In this document: positions 53,209 to 61,696 of the stretch, one piece after another
Position numbering within the stretch: the first letter of the stretch is position 1
Layout of the letters: each line of letters begins with the position of its first letter
Assembly: GCA_963749495.1 (NCBI GenBank)
Contig: CAVVMW010000023.1
Coordinates: forward strand, 216,006 to 280,005
Length of the DNA: 64,000 nt
Direction: 5' to 3'
From: an uncultured bacterium
GTDB taxonomy: Bacteria > Verrucomicrobiota > Verrucomicrobiia > Limisphaerales > UBA8199
Notes under the pieces: generated by a model
Database searches by the model: none
Told to the model about the DNA's origin: nothing
The model's input: only the letters and a program-made list of their open reading frames with translations
Translations under genes and position numbers: made by a program

Positions 53209-55113
53209 CTAAGGCGTCTTGTCCGCCTGGAGCAACTGCCTGAGATTGTAGTGAGTAAACCGGGCGTGGGCGGCGACATTTTGGGAGTCGGCATTGGCGA
53301 CCCAGAAATCGAGGGTGTCCGGGGCGAAGAGGGCGCAATGGATGTTGGAGGTCATGCAGACGGGGCGGCGCATGAGCTGGCGGGCGCTGTCGGCATCGAA
53401 CGTGCCAAACCCGGCCTGGACGCGCCGGGCCAGTTCCTCGTAGCGATCGCCGGCGGACAAGACGACGGCGTCCGGGATGGCGTGCGGCAGGAGCGGGTGG
53501 CTCTGGCCGGGGGCGATGGTCTCGAACTTGTCGGGCGTGGCGGCGATGCCGACGGCGCGTTTGGTCTTGGCGTCCGAGAGGACGTAGAAGTATTCGCAGG
53601 TGCGGGGTCCCTGGCGCAGGATGGCCAGCGCCTGGTCAAGGTCGTTGGCCTTCTCCATGACCTCGCGCAGGAGCTCGGCCATGGGCTTGCCGTCCCAGCG
53701 GCCTTGGCCCCGCCCGCCCATTTCGCCGATGGCCACTTGCTTTTCATTCATGGCCGTGACCGTGCCGATCATGCCGGCGTAACTGATGTTGACCCACGCA
53801 TTGCCCCGCTCCGGCTGGATGACCATCACGACCGCATTCTGTTCCAGGCCCAAGCCGCGCAGGTAATCCAGGACACGCCCGTGGTAGAGCCGCCCGCCTT
53901 GGGTTGCCCGGCCGAAGAGCGCGAAACCGCTGCAGTGAAACAACTCGGGAAAGAAATTCGCCAGCCGCACCTCCTCGCGCGGCAGGCCCGCCGCCGCTGC
54001 CAGGGCGTCCATCTCGCGCAAATACCGCTCGTCCATGAACGGGTTGAGCCGCTTCTGGGCCGATTCGATCTCGCCGAAGAACCAGCGCCCCTTCTCGAAG
54101 GAGCTGGCGACGCCGACCCCGTAGAGAATACGGTCAACGAGGTCGCGTATCTCCTTCTTCAAGAGCGTCCCATGCTGCCGGCCCATCTCTTCGGGCGTGC
54201 CCTTGAGAAAGAGCACGCGCGTGCCGTCGAGTTGCTCGAGCCGGGCGTCGCCCTCGCGGGCCACCACGCGCCGCTCGCCAGTGGCCGGGCCCAGGGGCGG
54301 CACCTTCTCGCCCAGCGTCCCGAGCGCCACCTTGAGAAAACGCGTCACGTGCGAGCGGGCCACCACCTCGATCAGGTTGCCGTCCGCGGGCTGAAGCTTC
54401 CATTTTTCCGGTGGCCGGGCCTCGAGGAACCGGGGCTGGACCAACTCGACCTGCACATCAATGTCTTTGGCATCGCGGTATCCCAAGCGCACCGGCAGGC
54501 AATCGCTCGGCCGCAGCCAAAGCTGGAAAGTCGCCTGGGGCAAGCCCAGGCCGCTGATCGCCTCCGGCTTGGGCGTCGCCTTGAGCACACGGCACCGCGC
54601 CCCGCCGACCTCCTCGTCGGGCAGGACCTGCACGTCCATCAACAACGGCAGGAGCACCAGTTGCTCCGGCGGGATCGGCAGCTTGAGCGGGCCCAGCGCC
54701 GCGCTGTCTTTGCGGTCCGGCGCCGTCGCAAATGGCGCGGCCTCGGGCGAGCCGATCAACCCGAATTTCTTCCCAGGCGCGTGGAGCCAGACTTCTTGCC
54801 CGTTCCGGCCGAGCAGGAATCTGTCTTCGCCCAGGTTCAACGCCAACCGCAGGCAGTCCGGGGCCTGGAAGGCCAGTTCCAACTCGCTCGAGGCGAGTTG
54901 GAGGGGCAGGCCGTCCGCCTTCGCGACCTTGACTGTGGCGGCGAAAGTCCGGGCGGGTTCGCCGGAGGGCGGCTGGACCAGGACCGCCAGCCGGGTCAGG
55001 GCCGAGGCAAGGAGTTGAGCGGCGGAGTTGGTATTGGTCGTCTGGGCGGGAGCCAGCCCGGGCAGGGCCAGCGCCAGGCACAATAGCCAGGGGGCAAGGC
55101 GCGAGATTTTCAT
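53209..55113 (-). CDS. Secreted C45-family (acyl-CoA:6-APA acyltransferase-like) peptidase with LolA-like N-domain
   Basis: ATG at 55113 gives the signal peptide MKISRLAPWLLCLALALPGLAPAQT. The C45 core is FHCSGFALFGRATQGGRLYHGRVLDYL...VNISYAGMIGTVTAMNEKQVAIGEMGG, with the Cys nucleophile in HCSGF. The N-terminal third resembles a lipoprotein-carrier fold. Confidence 0.8.
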   Translation of the reverse strand: MKISRLAPWLLCLALALPGLAPAQTTNTNSAAQLLASALTRLAVLVQPPSGEPARTFAATVKVAKADGLPLQLASSELELAFQAPDCLRLALNLGEDRFLLGRNGQEVWLHAPGKKFGLIGSPEAAPFATAPDRKDSAALGPLKLPIPPEQLVLLPLLMDVQVLPDEEVGGARCRVLKATPKPEAISGLGLPQATFQLWLRPSDCLPVRLGYRDAKDIDVQVELVQPRFLEARPPEKWKLQPADGNLIEVVARSHVTRFLKVALGTLGEKVPPLGPATGERRVVAREGDARLEQLDGTRVLFLKGTPEEMGRQHGTLLKKEIRDLVDRILYGVGVASSFEKGRWFFGEIESAQKRLNPFMDERYLREMDALAAAAGLPREEVRLANFFPELFHCSGFALFGRATQGGRLYHGRVLDYLRGLGLEQNAVVMVIQPERGNAWVNISYAGMIGTVTAMNEKQVAIGEMGGRGQGRWDGKPMAELLREVMEKANDLDQALAILRQGPRTCEYFYVLSDAKTKRAVGIAATPDKFETIAPGQSHPLLPHAIPDAVVLSAGDRYEELARRVQAGFGTFDADSARQLMRRPVCMTSNIHCALFAPDTLDFWVANADSQNVAAHARFTHYNLRQLLQADKTP

Positions 55114-55246
55114 AATGCCGATACTGTGACTGGATCGGAGCCTATCCCTGCGCGCCGGCCAGGGCAAGCGCATCGTGGGAGCAACAGGCTTCCTCGAGCC
55201 GCTGCGGAGGACTCTCCCTCTCTCCATGACCCGGCGGGAAGCCCGA

Positions 55247-55328
55247 AGGTTTTGGACTGCGCCAGTCCTCTGGCGCTTTCGTGTCCCGAGGGTCCAAAAA
55301 GCGGCAGAGGACTGCCGCAGTCCAAAAC
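55247..55328. repeat. Palindromic REP-like element
   Basis: Arms are GGTTTTGGACTGCGCCAGTCCTCTGGCGC / GCGGCAGAGGACTGCCGCAGTCCAAAACG. Translations give the ...LDCASPLAL... and ...AAEDCRSPKRFA... peptides that I recall as common spurious ORFs in these phyla. Confidence 0.55.
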
Positions 55329-55383
55329 GCTTCGCGTCTTCCGTCGCCTCCCGCTTTCACTGAGCCTTACGAGTAACGGCCGC

Positions 55384-56808
55384 TTACTTCTGCGCCGGCT
55401 CTGCGCCGGGGGTTGGCGGCCAATTGAGGTGTCTGCGAAGGAATTCCTGCAGCTCCTCGACCTGGCGCTGCTGCCGGGCCTGGGCGTCGGGCAGTTCGCG
55501 CAGGCGGGCCGGGGCGGGGCCGGGCGAGTCGATCCGCTCCAACTGCAGCCCCAGCGCGTTGAGCAAAACGGTCAGCGCCGGGTCCGAAGCCGGGCCGATC
55601 GCCATGCCCTCCGCCCCGCAGATCAGCGCAAAGGGGGCGAAGCCCTTGGCTTCGCCGGGCTTCAGGAGAGCCTGGGCGCGCTCGAATTCCGCCTCGACCG
55701 ACTCATAATCCGGCGTGGCGAGTTTGCCCGGGGCGGCGCCTGCCCGGCCCGCGCGCTCCGCAGGCGGGCCGGGGACGGCGGGCGCGGGGCTGTGCTCGAC
55801 AATTAGGCCGCGGGGCGCGATGAGACTCGCTATCTCCGCGTCGCCGAACTCACGGAGCAGCCCGAAGACATTGCGGTAGATCGGCTCTTCCCAGAGGCGC
55901 TGGCGAGAATCGAAGTAGCCGCTCACCAGCGCCGCGCTGATGCGCGGGTCCAGCGCCGCGCTATAGAACGCAATCAAACCCCCTTCCCCGTAGCCGGCCA
56001 CCGCGACCTTGGGGCTTTGGGTTCTGGACTCTGCGGCTTGGCCTTTGGCCTGAGTAACCGCGTGCCCGCTGTGGCCTCGGGCCTCCAGTGCATCGATGGC
56101 CGCCAGGACCTTCTGGACCTCGAAACCGATGATGTGGCGGCCCAGCTCGAAGGCCTGCCGGTAAACCCACTCGCGGTGAGGTTGGTTGGTGAGGCGCTGC
56201 ATTGCGGGGTTCCCGGACCAGGTGTCCTGGCGGTCCACCAGGACCGGCACGAGCACCTCGCAGCCGTTTTCGGCGAGCCGCCGCGCAAATTGCCGCACGG
56301 GCTCGAGTCCCGGAGCCAAGCCCGCCAGCATCTCCGGCGTTTGGTCCGCGTCAGGGATTGCCACCACGCGCGCCACGGGGACGGCCTTGGGCAGCAGCAG
56401 GAGTCCTTCGCCGTTGACTCCATCGAGCACCGGCCATCGCGCGCTGTGCACGGTGAAGCCCTCGGCCTCGGCGAGCAGCGTGGCCTCCAGGCCGGCGCCG
56501 GCCTGGGCCGCCGGCGCCCGGGTCTCCACCGCCCCGATCATCCGCCGCAACTGCTCGCGATTGGGCTGGATGGATTTTTCGTAGGCTGCTGTTGAGGCAA
56601 AATCGCGCTGCCAAAACCTGGCGCGTTGAGCCATCGAGCGCTCGAGTTCCCGGGCCAGAAACTGGTCGATGCCGATGGTCATCTCCAGCGCCGGATCGGG
56701 GCTGGGCGCCAGGAGGCCCGTGCCGGGCAGCGGGCCGGGTTCCTGCGCTGCGCCGGCCAGCGCAGGGAGCAGCAGGCTCAACACGCCGAATCTGCTTCTA
56801 CTGCTCAT
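55384..56808 (-). CDS. Secreted alpha/beta-hydrolase-fold-like protein (nucleophile elbow lacks Ser)
   Basis: Signal peptide MSSRSRFGVLSLLLPALAGAAQE. The elbow-like KVAVAGYGEGGLIAFYSAAL sits where G-x-S-x-G is expected. Overall length and pattern resemble dienelactone-hydrolase/esterase-like proteins (family uncertain). Confidence 0.65.
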   Translation of the reverse strand: MSSRSRFGVLSLLLPALAGAAQEPGPLPGTGLLAPSPDPALEMTIGIDQFLARELERSMAQRARFWQRDFASTAAYEKSIQPNREQLRRMIGAVETRAPAAQAGAGLEATLLAEAEGFTVHSARWPVLDGVNGEGLLLLPKAVPVARVVAIPDADQTPEMLAGLAPGLEPVRQFARRLAENGCEVLVPVLVDRQDTWSGNPAMQRLTNQPHREWVYRQAFELGRHIIGFEVQKVLAAIDALEARGHSGHAVTQAKGQAAESRTQSPKVAVAGYGEGGLIAFYSAALDPRISAALVSGYFDSRQRLWEEPIYRNVFGLLREFGDAEIASLIAPRGLIVEHSPAPAVPGPPAERAGRAGAAPGKLATPDYESVEAEFERAQALLKPGEAKGFAPFALICGAEGMAIGPASDPALTVLLNALGLQLERIDSPGPAPARLRELPDAQARQQRQVEELQEFLRRHLNWPPTPGAEPAQK

Positions 56809-57406
56809 CTTTCTGGCGCCTTGGACCCAGGAAGGGCAATTTAACGGTCTTCCCGAACAAGCGCAACATGGACGGTTTCTTTGGTTTCTCGCGTTCGATA
56901 GGCAGGCACCTGCGGCTGCACAGAGGGCAGAGCTTGAGGACCTTGCCGCCCCGGCGTCTGAGACGGTGCAGGCATTGATCGCACATCACCTCGCGGCAGT
57001 GCGTGCATTGGTGCGTGGCTCGGGCTTGGGGATGACGAGGACAGATCAACGAACCGTCCGCCAGCACAACAGGCGGCGCGGGCCGCGGCATGTCGAACTT
57101 GGGAATCCCGATGGTGACCTCCGTCGTTTCGACCAGGAGTTCCACGCAGCCCAGGCGCAGGACCTGCCCGGTCCGGATTTCGGCCTGCTGGATGGGTCTC
57201 CCATCGATGAGGGTGCCGTTGGTGGAGGCGCAGTCGCGCACCAGGAGGCCGCCCGCCACAAGCATGATCTCGCAATGGATGGCCGAGACCGTCGGATGCT
57301 CGATCGGGAACTCGCATTCTGGGCTTCGTCCGAGGCGATTGGCTCCCAACTTGAGTTCAATCACCTGTTCCCCAAATCCGTCGGATGTAATCACAAGCCT
57401 GGCCAT
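56798..57406 (-). CDS. FHA domain protein with C-terminal double zinc ribbon
   Basis: FHA: LGANRLGRSPECEFPIEHPTVSAIHCEIMLVAGGLLVRDCASTNGTLIDGRPI. Zinc ribbon: CPRH...CTHC...CDQC...CPLC. The 3' end overlaps the next gene by 11 nt. Confidence 0.85.
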   Translation of the reverse strand: MARLVITSDGFGEQVIELKLGANRLGRSPECEFPIEHPTVSAIHCEIMLVAGGLLVRDCASTNGTLIDGRPIQQAEIRTGQVLRLGCVELLVETTEVTIGIPKFDMPRPAPPVVLADGSLICPRHPQARATHQCTHCREVMCDQCLHRLRRRGGKVLKLCPLCSRRCLPIEREKPKKPSMLRLFGKTVKLPFLGPRRQKDEQ

Positions 57407-57484
57407 GCGCTCGCCTTGGACTCGGCAGCGTAATTAACGCAGCCGGAGCGGATTGTCGACGAGAATCTGCGGCGGGTGAGGGCC

Positions 57485-57676
57485 GTTGACAAAGTCGTAG
57501 CGCAGGTTTCCAAACCTGCTGTATCGCCGATTTCCAATCGGCAGGGCGTCGGCATGTCGAGCGCCCCCGGGTTTGCGGACGGCCTGCGGGTTTGGAAACC
57601 CGCGATACAGCAGGTTTGGAAACCTGCGCTACGCTGGCGCCCCTGGCACACAGGCGCGCCGAGCGACTTTGTCAAT
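57485..57676 (-). mobile_element. MITE-like element, copy B (inverted relative to copy A)
   Basis: Same TIRs and interior as 50858-51048 in reverse complement. One internal hairpin differs by compensatory changes (CAGACT..AGTCTG in A versus CAGGTT..AACCTG in B). Confidence 0.6.
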
Positions 57677-57765
57677 GGCCCTGTGCGGTCGGTCCGGCGG
57701 CCGGTTGCGGTTCCTGGCGGCTGGGTTAGATTCTGGAGCACAGTTTTGCGAAAGGAGCGTGTGAC

Positions 57766-58095
57766 ATGACAGCATTAGCTCAAAGAGAGTGCGTCCCCTG
57801 CAAGGGCGGAACGCCCGCGTTAAGCGGGCAGGAACTGGCCAAAATGGCCGCCGAGCTTGGAGGTGGCTGGAAGGTCGTGGGCGAGCACCACCTCGAGAGG
57901 GAGTTCGCCTTCAAGGACTTCCGCGAGGCCCTGGGTTTTACGAACCAGGTCGGGGAACTGGCCGAGGCGCAGGGACATCATCCGGACATCTACCTGGCCT
58001 GGGGCAAGGTCAAAATCACGATCTGGACCCACAAGATTGACGGCCTGACCGAGAGCGATTTCGTCTTTGCGGCGAAGGTGTCCCGCCTCGCCTGA
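57766..58095 (+). CDS. phhB: Pterin-4-alpha-carbinolamine dehydratase
   Basis: CVPCKGGTPALSGQE...GWKVVGEHHLEREFAFKDFREALGFTNQVGELAEAQGHHPDIYLAWGKVKITIWTHKIDGLTESDFVFAAK is a near-consensus PCD/DCoH sequence. Confidence 0.9.
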   Translation: MTALAQRECVPCKGGTPALSGQELAKMAAELGGGWKVVGEHHLEREFAFKDFREALGFTNQVGELAEAQGHHPDIYLAWGKVKITIWTHKIDGLTESDFVFAAKVSRLA

Positions 58096-58235
58096 CCTGG
58101 CTCTCCAGGCGCGGAGGGCAGGACAGTGCGCCGGGGCGCTGACAGCCCCGGACGCGCCGTCCCGTCATACCCACCCATTTTGCCTCTGTTGGTGGCGTGC
58201 GATTAAAACTGGCGGTCAGCCCACAGCGCCTTTTT

Positions 58236-58432
58236 GCCCCGAAGGGGCTTCCGACAATAGCCCGGCGTTTCAACGCCGGGTGAGCGGACACAAGGAACAG
58301 GTCCGTCCCGAAGGGACGGCCGAAAGCAAGGAGTGTCCTCAGTCGTCCCTTCGGGACGAGGGTCCTTTTGATGGCCTCCCCGGCGTTGAAACGCCGGGCT
58401 ATTGTCAAATGTCCCTCCGGGACAAAACTCCC
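58236..58432. repeat. Approx 200-bp palindromic REP-like element
   Basis: 28-nt arms GACAATAGCCCGGCGTTTCAACGCCGGG (58253-58280) / CCCGGCGTTGAAACGCCGGGCTATTGTC (58379-58406). GNRA-type hairpins GCCCCGAAGGGGC, GTCCCGAAGGGAC, GTCCCTTCGGGAC and GTCCCTCCGGGAC are also present. Confidence 0.6.
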
Positions 58433-58605
58433 GAGGCGCAAGCCCGACGCCTCTAATCGCACCCGGGCTGGTGTCGCCGCTTGACCTGGCCAATCCTGCG
58501 GGCGTATTCTCGCGCCCTGGCGTGCGGTGTGGGCGGCATCGTGGCCGGCGGCTAGAGGCGACCGGTTGCGGGCGCCCGACCCGGCGCTTAACGATCTGAA
58601 CAAAA

Positions 58606-59964
58606 ATGAAGCACCAACCTACTCTCACTCGGCGTCAATTCCTCACCACCTCGACCCTGGCGGCCGGCGCCTTGACCCTCGTCCCGCGCCATGTGGTGGC
58701 CGGCAGCGGCCAGACCCCGCCCAGCGAAACACTCCGTATCGCCGGCATCGGCGTGGGCGGCCAGGGCGCCGGGGACATCATGGAGGTTGCAAAGGACAAA
58801 GCCTGCAGCATCGTCGCTCTATGTGATGTGGACCGGTCCAATCACACGGCCAAGACGTTCCAGAGCTTTCCGGGCGCCAAGCAGTACCGGGATTTTCGCA
58901 AGATGTTCGACGAAATGGAGCAGGGCATGGATGCGGTGGTGGTGGCCACGCCGGACCATTGCCACGCCGTGGCGGCCATGGCCGCGATCAAGCGCGGCAA
59001 GCACGTCTATTGCGAGAAGCCGCTGGCCCATTCGATTCATGAGGTCCGCGAGTTGATGGCGGCCGCCCGCGAGCACAAAGTGGTCACTCAGCTTGGCAAC
59101 CAGGGCCATTCCTTTGGGACGATCCGCGACTTTTGCGAATGGGTCTGGGACGGGGCCATCGGCAGCGTCCACACTATCCATGCGGGGTGCGACGCTCCAA
59201 ACTCCGGCATCAACGAACTGGCCCGGATCAAAGAGGCACACCCGGTGCCGCCCACCCTGGATTGGGACCTCTGGCTCGGCCCGGCCCAGTTCCGTCCGTA
59301 TCACCCGGCCTACGTTCCGGGCCGGTGGCGCAGTTGGGTCCCCTTCGGCAACGGCACCGTGGGCGATTGGACCTGCCACGTGGTGGACCCGGTCTTCTGG
59401 GCCCTGGATCTGGGCGCCCCGGCGACCATCCAGGCCCAGGTGAAAAACTACGATTTCAAGACCCAGGGTGACAGCTACCCCATGGGCGAGATCATCACCT
59501 ACGAGTTCCCGGCCAAAGCCAATCGCGGGCCTGTGGTCATGCATTGGTACAGCGGCACCGAGCCCATCCCCAGGCCGCCCGAGATGGAATCGGACGATCG
59601 GCCGGTGAAGACCGGCGCCGTGGTCGTGGGCGACAAAGGCACGATCATCTACGGCTCGCACGGGGCAGGACAGGTGCGCATCATCCCCCAGGCCAAGATG
59701 GATGCCTATAAGAAACCCGCCAGGACCATTCCCCGCGCCAAAGAGCATCACGCCGATTGGCTCGATGCCATCCGCAACCAGCGCAAGGCCGGCTCTGATT
59801 TCTCTTATGGCGGGCCCCTGACGGAACTCGCCTTGCTCGGCATCATCGCCATCAAGATGGGCGGACAGAAGCTGGAATGGGACGGCCCGGCCGGACGCTT
59901 CACCAACTCCCCGGAGGCCAACCAGTTCCTCAACCCGCCCTACCGGATGGGCTGGAGCCTTTAA
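58606..59964 (+). CDS. Gfo/Idh/MocA-family oxidoreductase with TAT signal
   Basis: Twin-arginine signal MKHQPTLTRRQFLTTSTLAAGALTL. Rossmann motif RIAGIGVGGQGAGD. VVATPDHCHA and EKPL are motifs typical of the family. Confidence 0.9.
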   Translation: MKHQPTLTRRQFLTTSTLAAGALTLVPRHVVAGSGQTPPSETLRIAGIGVGGQGAGDIMEVAKDKACSIVALCDVDRSNHTAKTFQSFPGAKQYRDFRKMFDEMEQGMDAVVVATPDHCHAVAAMAAIKRGKHVYCEKPLAHSIHEVRELMAAAREHKVVTQLGNQGHSFGTIRDFCEWVWDGAIGSVHTIHAGCDAPNSGINELARIKEAHPVPPTLDWDLWLGPAQFRPYHPAYVPGRWRSWVPFGNGTVGDWTCHVVDPVFWALDLGAPATIQAQVKNYDFKTQGDSYPMGEIITYEFPAKANRGPVVMHWYSGTEPIPRPPEMESDDRPVKTGAVVVGDKGTIIYGSHGAGQVRIIPQAKMDAYKKPARTIPRAKEHHADWLDAIRNQRKAGSDFSYGGPLTELALLGIIAIKMGGQKLEWDGPAGRFTNSPEANQFLNPPYRMGWSL

Positions 59965-59999
59965 GCGCCGGCCGAGCCGGAACCTCGAAATCCGGAGCA

Positions 60000-60035
60000 G
60001 GCAGAAAGATGAGTCTTATTTCTTATCTTTCTGCC
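60000..60035 (+). terminator. Intrinsic terminator candidate
   Basis: 11-bp stem GGCAGAAAGAT / ATCTTTCTGCC with a 14-nt loop, followed by CCCATTTTTCTG. It lies between convergent genes. Confidence 0.5.
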
Positions 60036-60086
60036 CCCATTTTTCTGCCAAATCCTCTTTCTGCCACATTCGGCTTTCACTACGGA

Positions 60087-61538
60087 TTACGCATTCCTCG
60101 AGTAGGTGGTTGCGACTGGCCGGACCTTTATCCATTGGTAGTGATGCAGGATCACCGCTGAGATGCTGAAAAGCAGAAGATAATAGAGGCTGAAGATGGT
60201 CTCATTCCAGGCCGTGTGGGGCCCTGTGATCAGTTGGGCGATGGCGTTCTGCACGATAAGGACCAGCCACATGAGCTGGTAGGCATGAGGGAACACGTCG
60301 GCCTGCGAGCCGCCCTGCCCCGGGAGGTCTTCGCCGGAACCGGGCGCGGGTTTGGACCTGGGGCCGCCTGGGAAGGGCCGGAACCAAATCCATGCCAATA
60401 ACCCGGCCAGGGCGGCCAGCAGCAACGGACCCATGACCCGCCACAGGACGCGGTCCCAGTAGTTCTCGTTTCCAAGGTAGATGTTCGCCCAGCCCTTCAA
60501 GCCGTTTCGGAGCGAGAGGCCCAGACCCAACAACAGGCCCAGATAGGCGCCCAACCGTTCGAGGTCCGGGTGGGCTCGAGCCGGGGGTCCCGTTTCCCGC
60601 CCCCGTTGCGAGCCGCAGGCCCTGCCATTGGCCAGACAATAGGCCAGGCCGTAGGCGATGCCGATGCTGATGCCGCCGCAGGACTCCCAGCAACGCCACC
60701 AGTTGAAGCTCGTGCCCGGCCACAGCCGCGGCGCCCAGCGCCAGTTCTGGCACAGAGCCCATCCCGCCCCATTCACCAGCCCGACTGTGAGGATGAGGAT
60801 GACGTTCCGCCAGTCCCGGCGCCCGGCCTCATAGGCCAGAAAGCCCAGGTAGAGCCCCAGGTGGGTAATGGCGGCCCGGTTGTCGTTGATGAGCCGGCGA
60901 AGATTCGGATTGGCATGGAGGTCTTGATACTGCGCCTGCATCGTCTTGTAGAGCGGGAGAAAGACTTCCGGCAGACTGTCGAACAGAATCCTGGCCAGCC
61001 ACGCTGCTCCCAGCCCGCACGCCAGCCGGAAGCACCAGTTCTGAATGCGCGCCGGCCGCCCGCAGCGGCACCAGGCCAGCAGGCAGGCCCCCAGCCCGGC
61101 CCACGGCACGCCGGCGATGAAAAGCCAGGCGAAACCGTAGGCCCTCGAGATCGGCACGCTTTGCCCCGCCGCCGTATTGGTCTGGAGGCGGCCGTCAAAG
61201 AAACTGGGCCACTGCATCCAGCCGCGGCTTCCGGAGATGCCAATCCCGATAGTCAGGGCCAGGATGATCCAGCCCGACGCATAGGGCCGAGATTGCCGGC
61301 CCCCCGGCTCGCGGGCGATGAACCACCAGGCCGTGCCCCAGGTCACGCCCGCAAAAATGCAGCCGTTCATCCCCCCGAACCCGGAGCAGCCCCGCACCGC
61401 CCAGGCCATCCCCCCGAGCGCCGCAAACAGCAGCACCGGCAGGACCAGGTCCTGCGCCAGATCCCGTTGGTTGTCTTTGCCCATACTGTTCTTCACCGCG
61501 GAGCGGTGCCTGATGGTAGCCGTGGACTTCCAGTCCAC
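60087..61538 (-). CDS. Polytopic integral membrane protein (hypothetical)
   Basis: Many hydrophobic Trp/Gly-rich helices (…GVTWGTAWWFIA…, …WIILALTIGIGISG…, …WLVLIVQNAIAQLITG…). The likely start is the ATG at 61484 (MGKDNQRDLAQ), because 61520-61540 is a REP hairpin. Confidence 0.7.
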   Translation of the reverse strand: MDWKSTATIRHRSAVKNSMGKDNQRDLAQDLVLPVLLFAALGGMAWAVRGCSGFGGMNGCIFAGVTWGTAWWFIAREPGGRQSRPYASGWIILALTIGIGISGSRGWMQWPSFFDGRLQTNTAAGQSVPISRAYGFAWLFIAGVPWAGLGACLLAWCRCGRPARIQNWCFRLACGLGAAWLARILFDSLPEVFLPLYKTMQAQYQDLHANPNLRRLINDNRAAITHLGLYLGFLAYEAGRRDWRNVILILTVGLVNGAGWALCQNWRWAPRLWPGTSFNWWRCWESCGGISIGIAYGLAYCLANGRACGSQRGRETGPPARAHPDLERLGAYLGLLLGLGLSLRNGLKGWANIYLGNENYWDRVLWRVMGPLLLAALAGLLAWIWFRPFPGGPRSKPAPGSGEDLPGQGGSQADVFPHAYQLMWLVLIVQNAIAQLITGPHTAWNETIFSLYYLLLFSISAVILHHYQWIKVRPVATTYSRNA

Positions 61539-61696
61539 GGACCCATGGCTCCGCCCACCCGCGTCGCGTAGCGACGGCTGAAAACATCTGCCAGCGCCAC
61601 GATGTCAGGCGTCGCTACGCGACGCGAGACCATTTCCACGCCCCAGACCGTGGACCGAGGTCCACGGCTACCTTCACCGCGTCGCGCCGCGACGCG
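61516..61696. repeat. REP-like hairpin cluster
   Basis: CCGTGGAC-TTCCA-GTCCACGG (61520-61540) and CCGTGGAC-CGAG-GTCCACGG (61648-61667). Inverted GCGTCGCGTAGCGACG / CGTCGCTACGCGACGC, and the palindrome CGCGTCGCGCCGCGACGCG. Confidence 0.5.

Noticed and set aside
53251-55086. 611-aa plus-strand ORF
   Set aside because: It is antisense to the C45 peptidase gene, which has a signal peptide and a conserved Ntn-hydrolase core. The plus-strand product is Gly/Arg/Ala/Pro low-complexity.
50858-57676. Composite transposon bounded by the two MITE copies
   Set aside because: There is no transposase or recombinase between or next to the copies, and the internal genes look like ordinary chromosomal genes. 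I kept only the weaker statement of an inverted repeat pair with possible inversion.
58016-58628. ORFs 58016..58603, 58067..58456 and 58203..58628
   Set aside because: They read through the palindromic REP element (…PGVETPGYC…SLRD…), overlap one another on both strands and overlap the 3' end of phhB.
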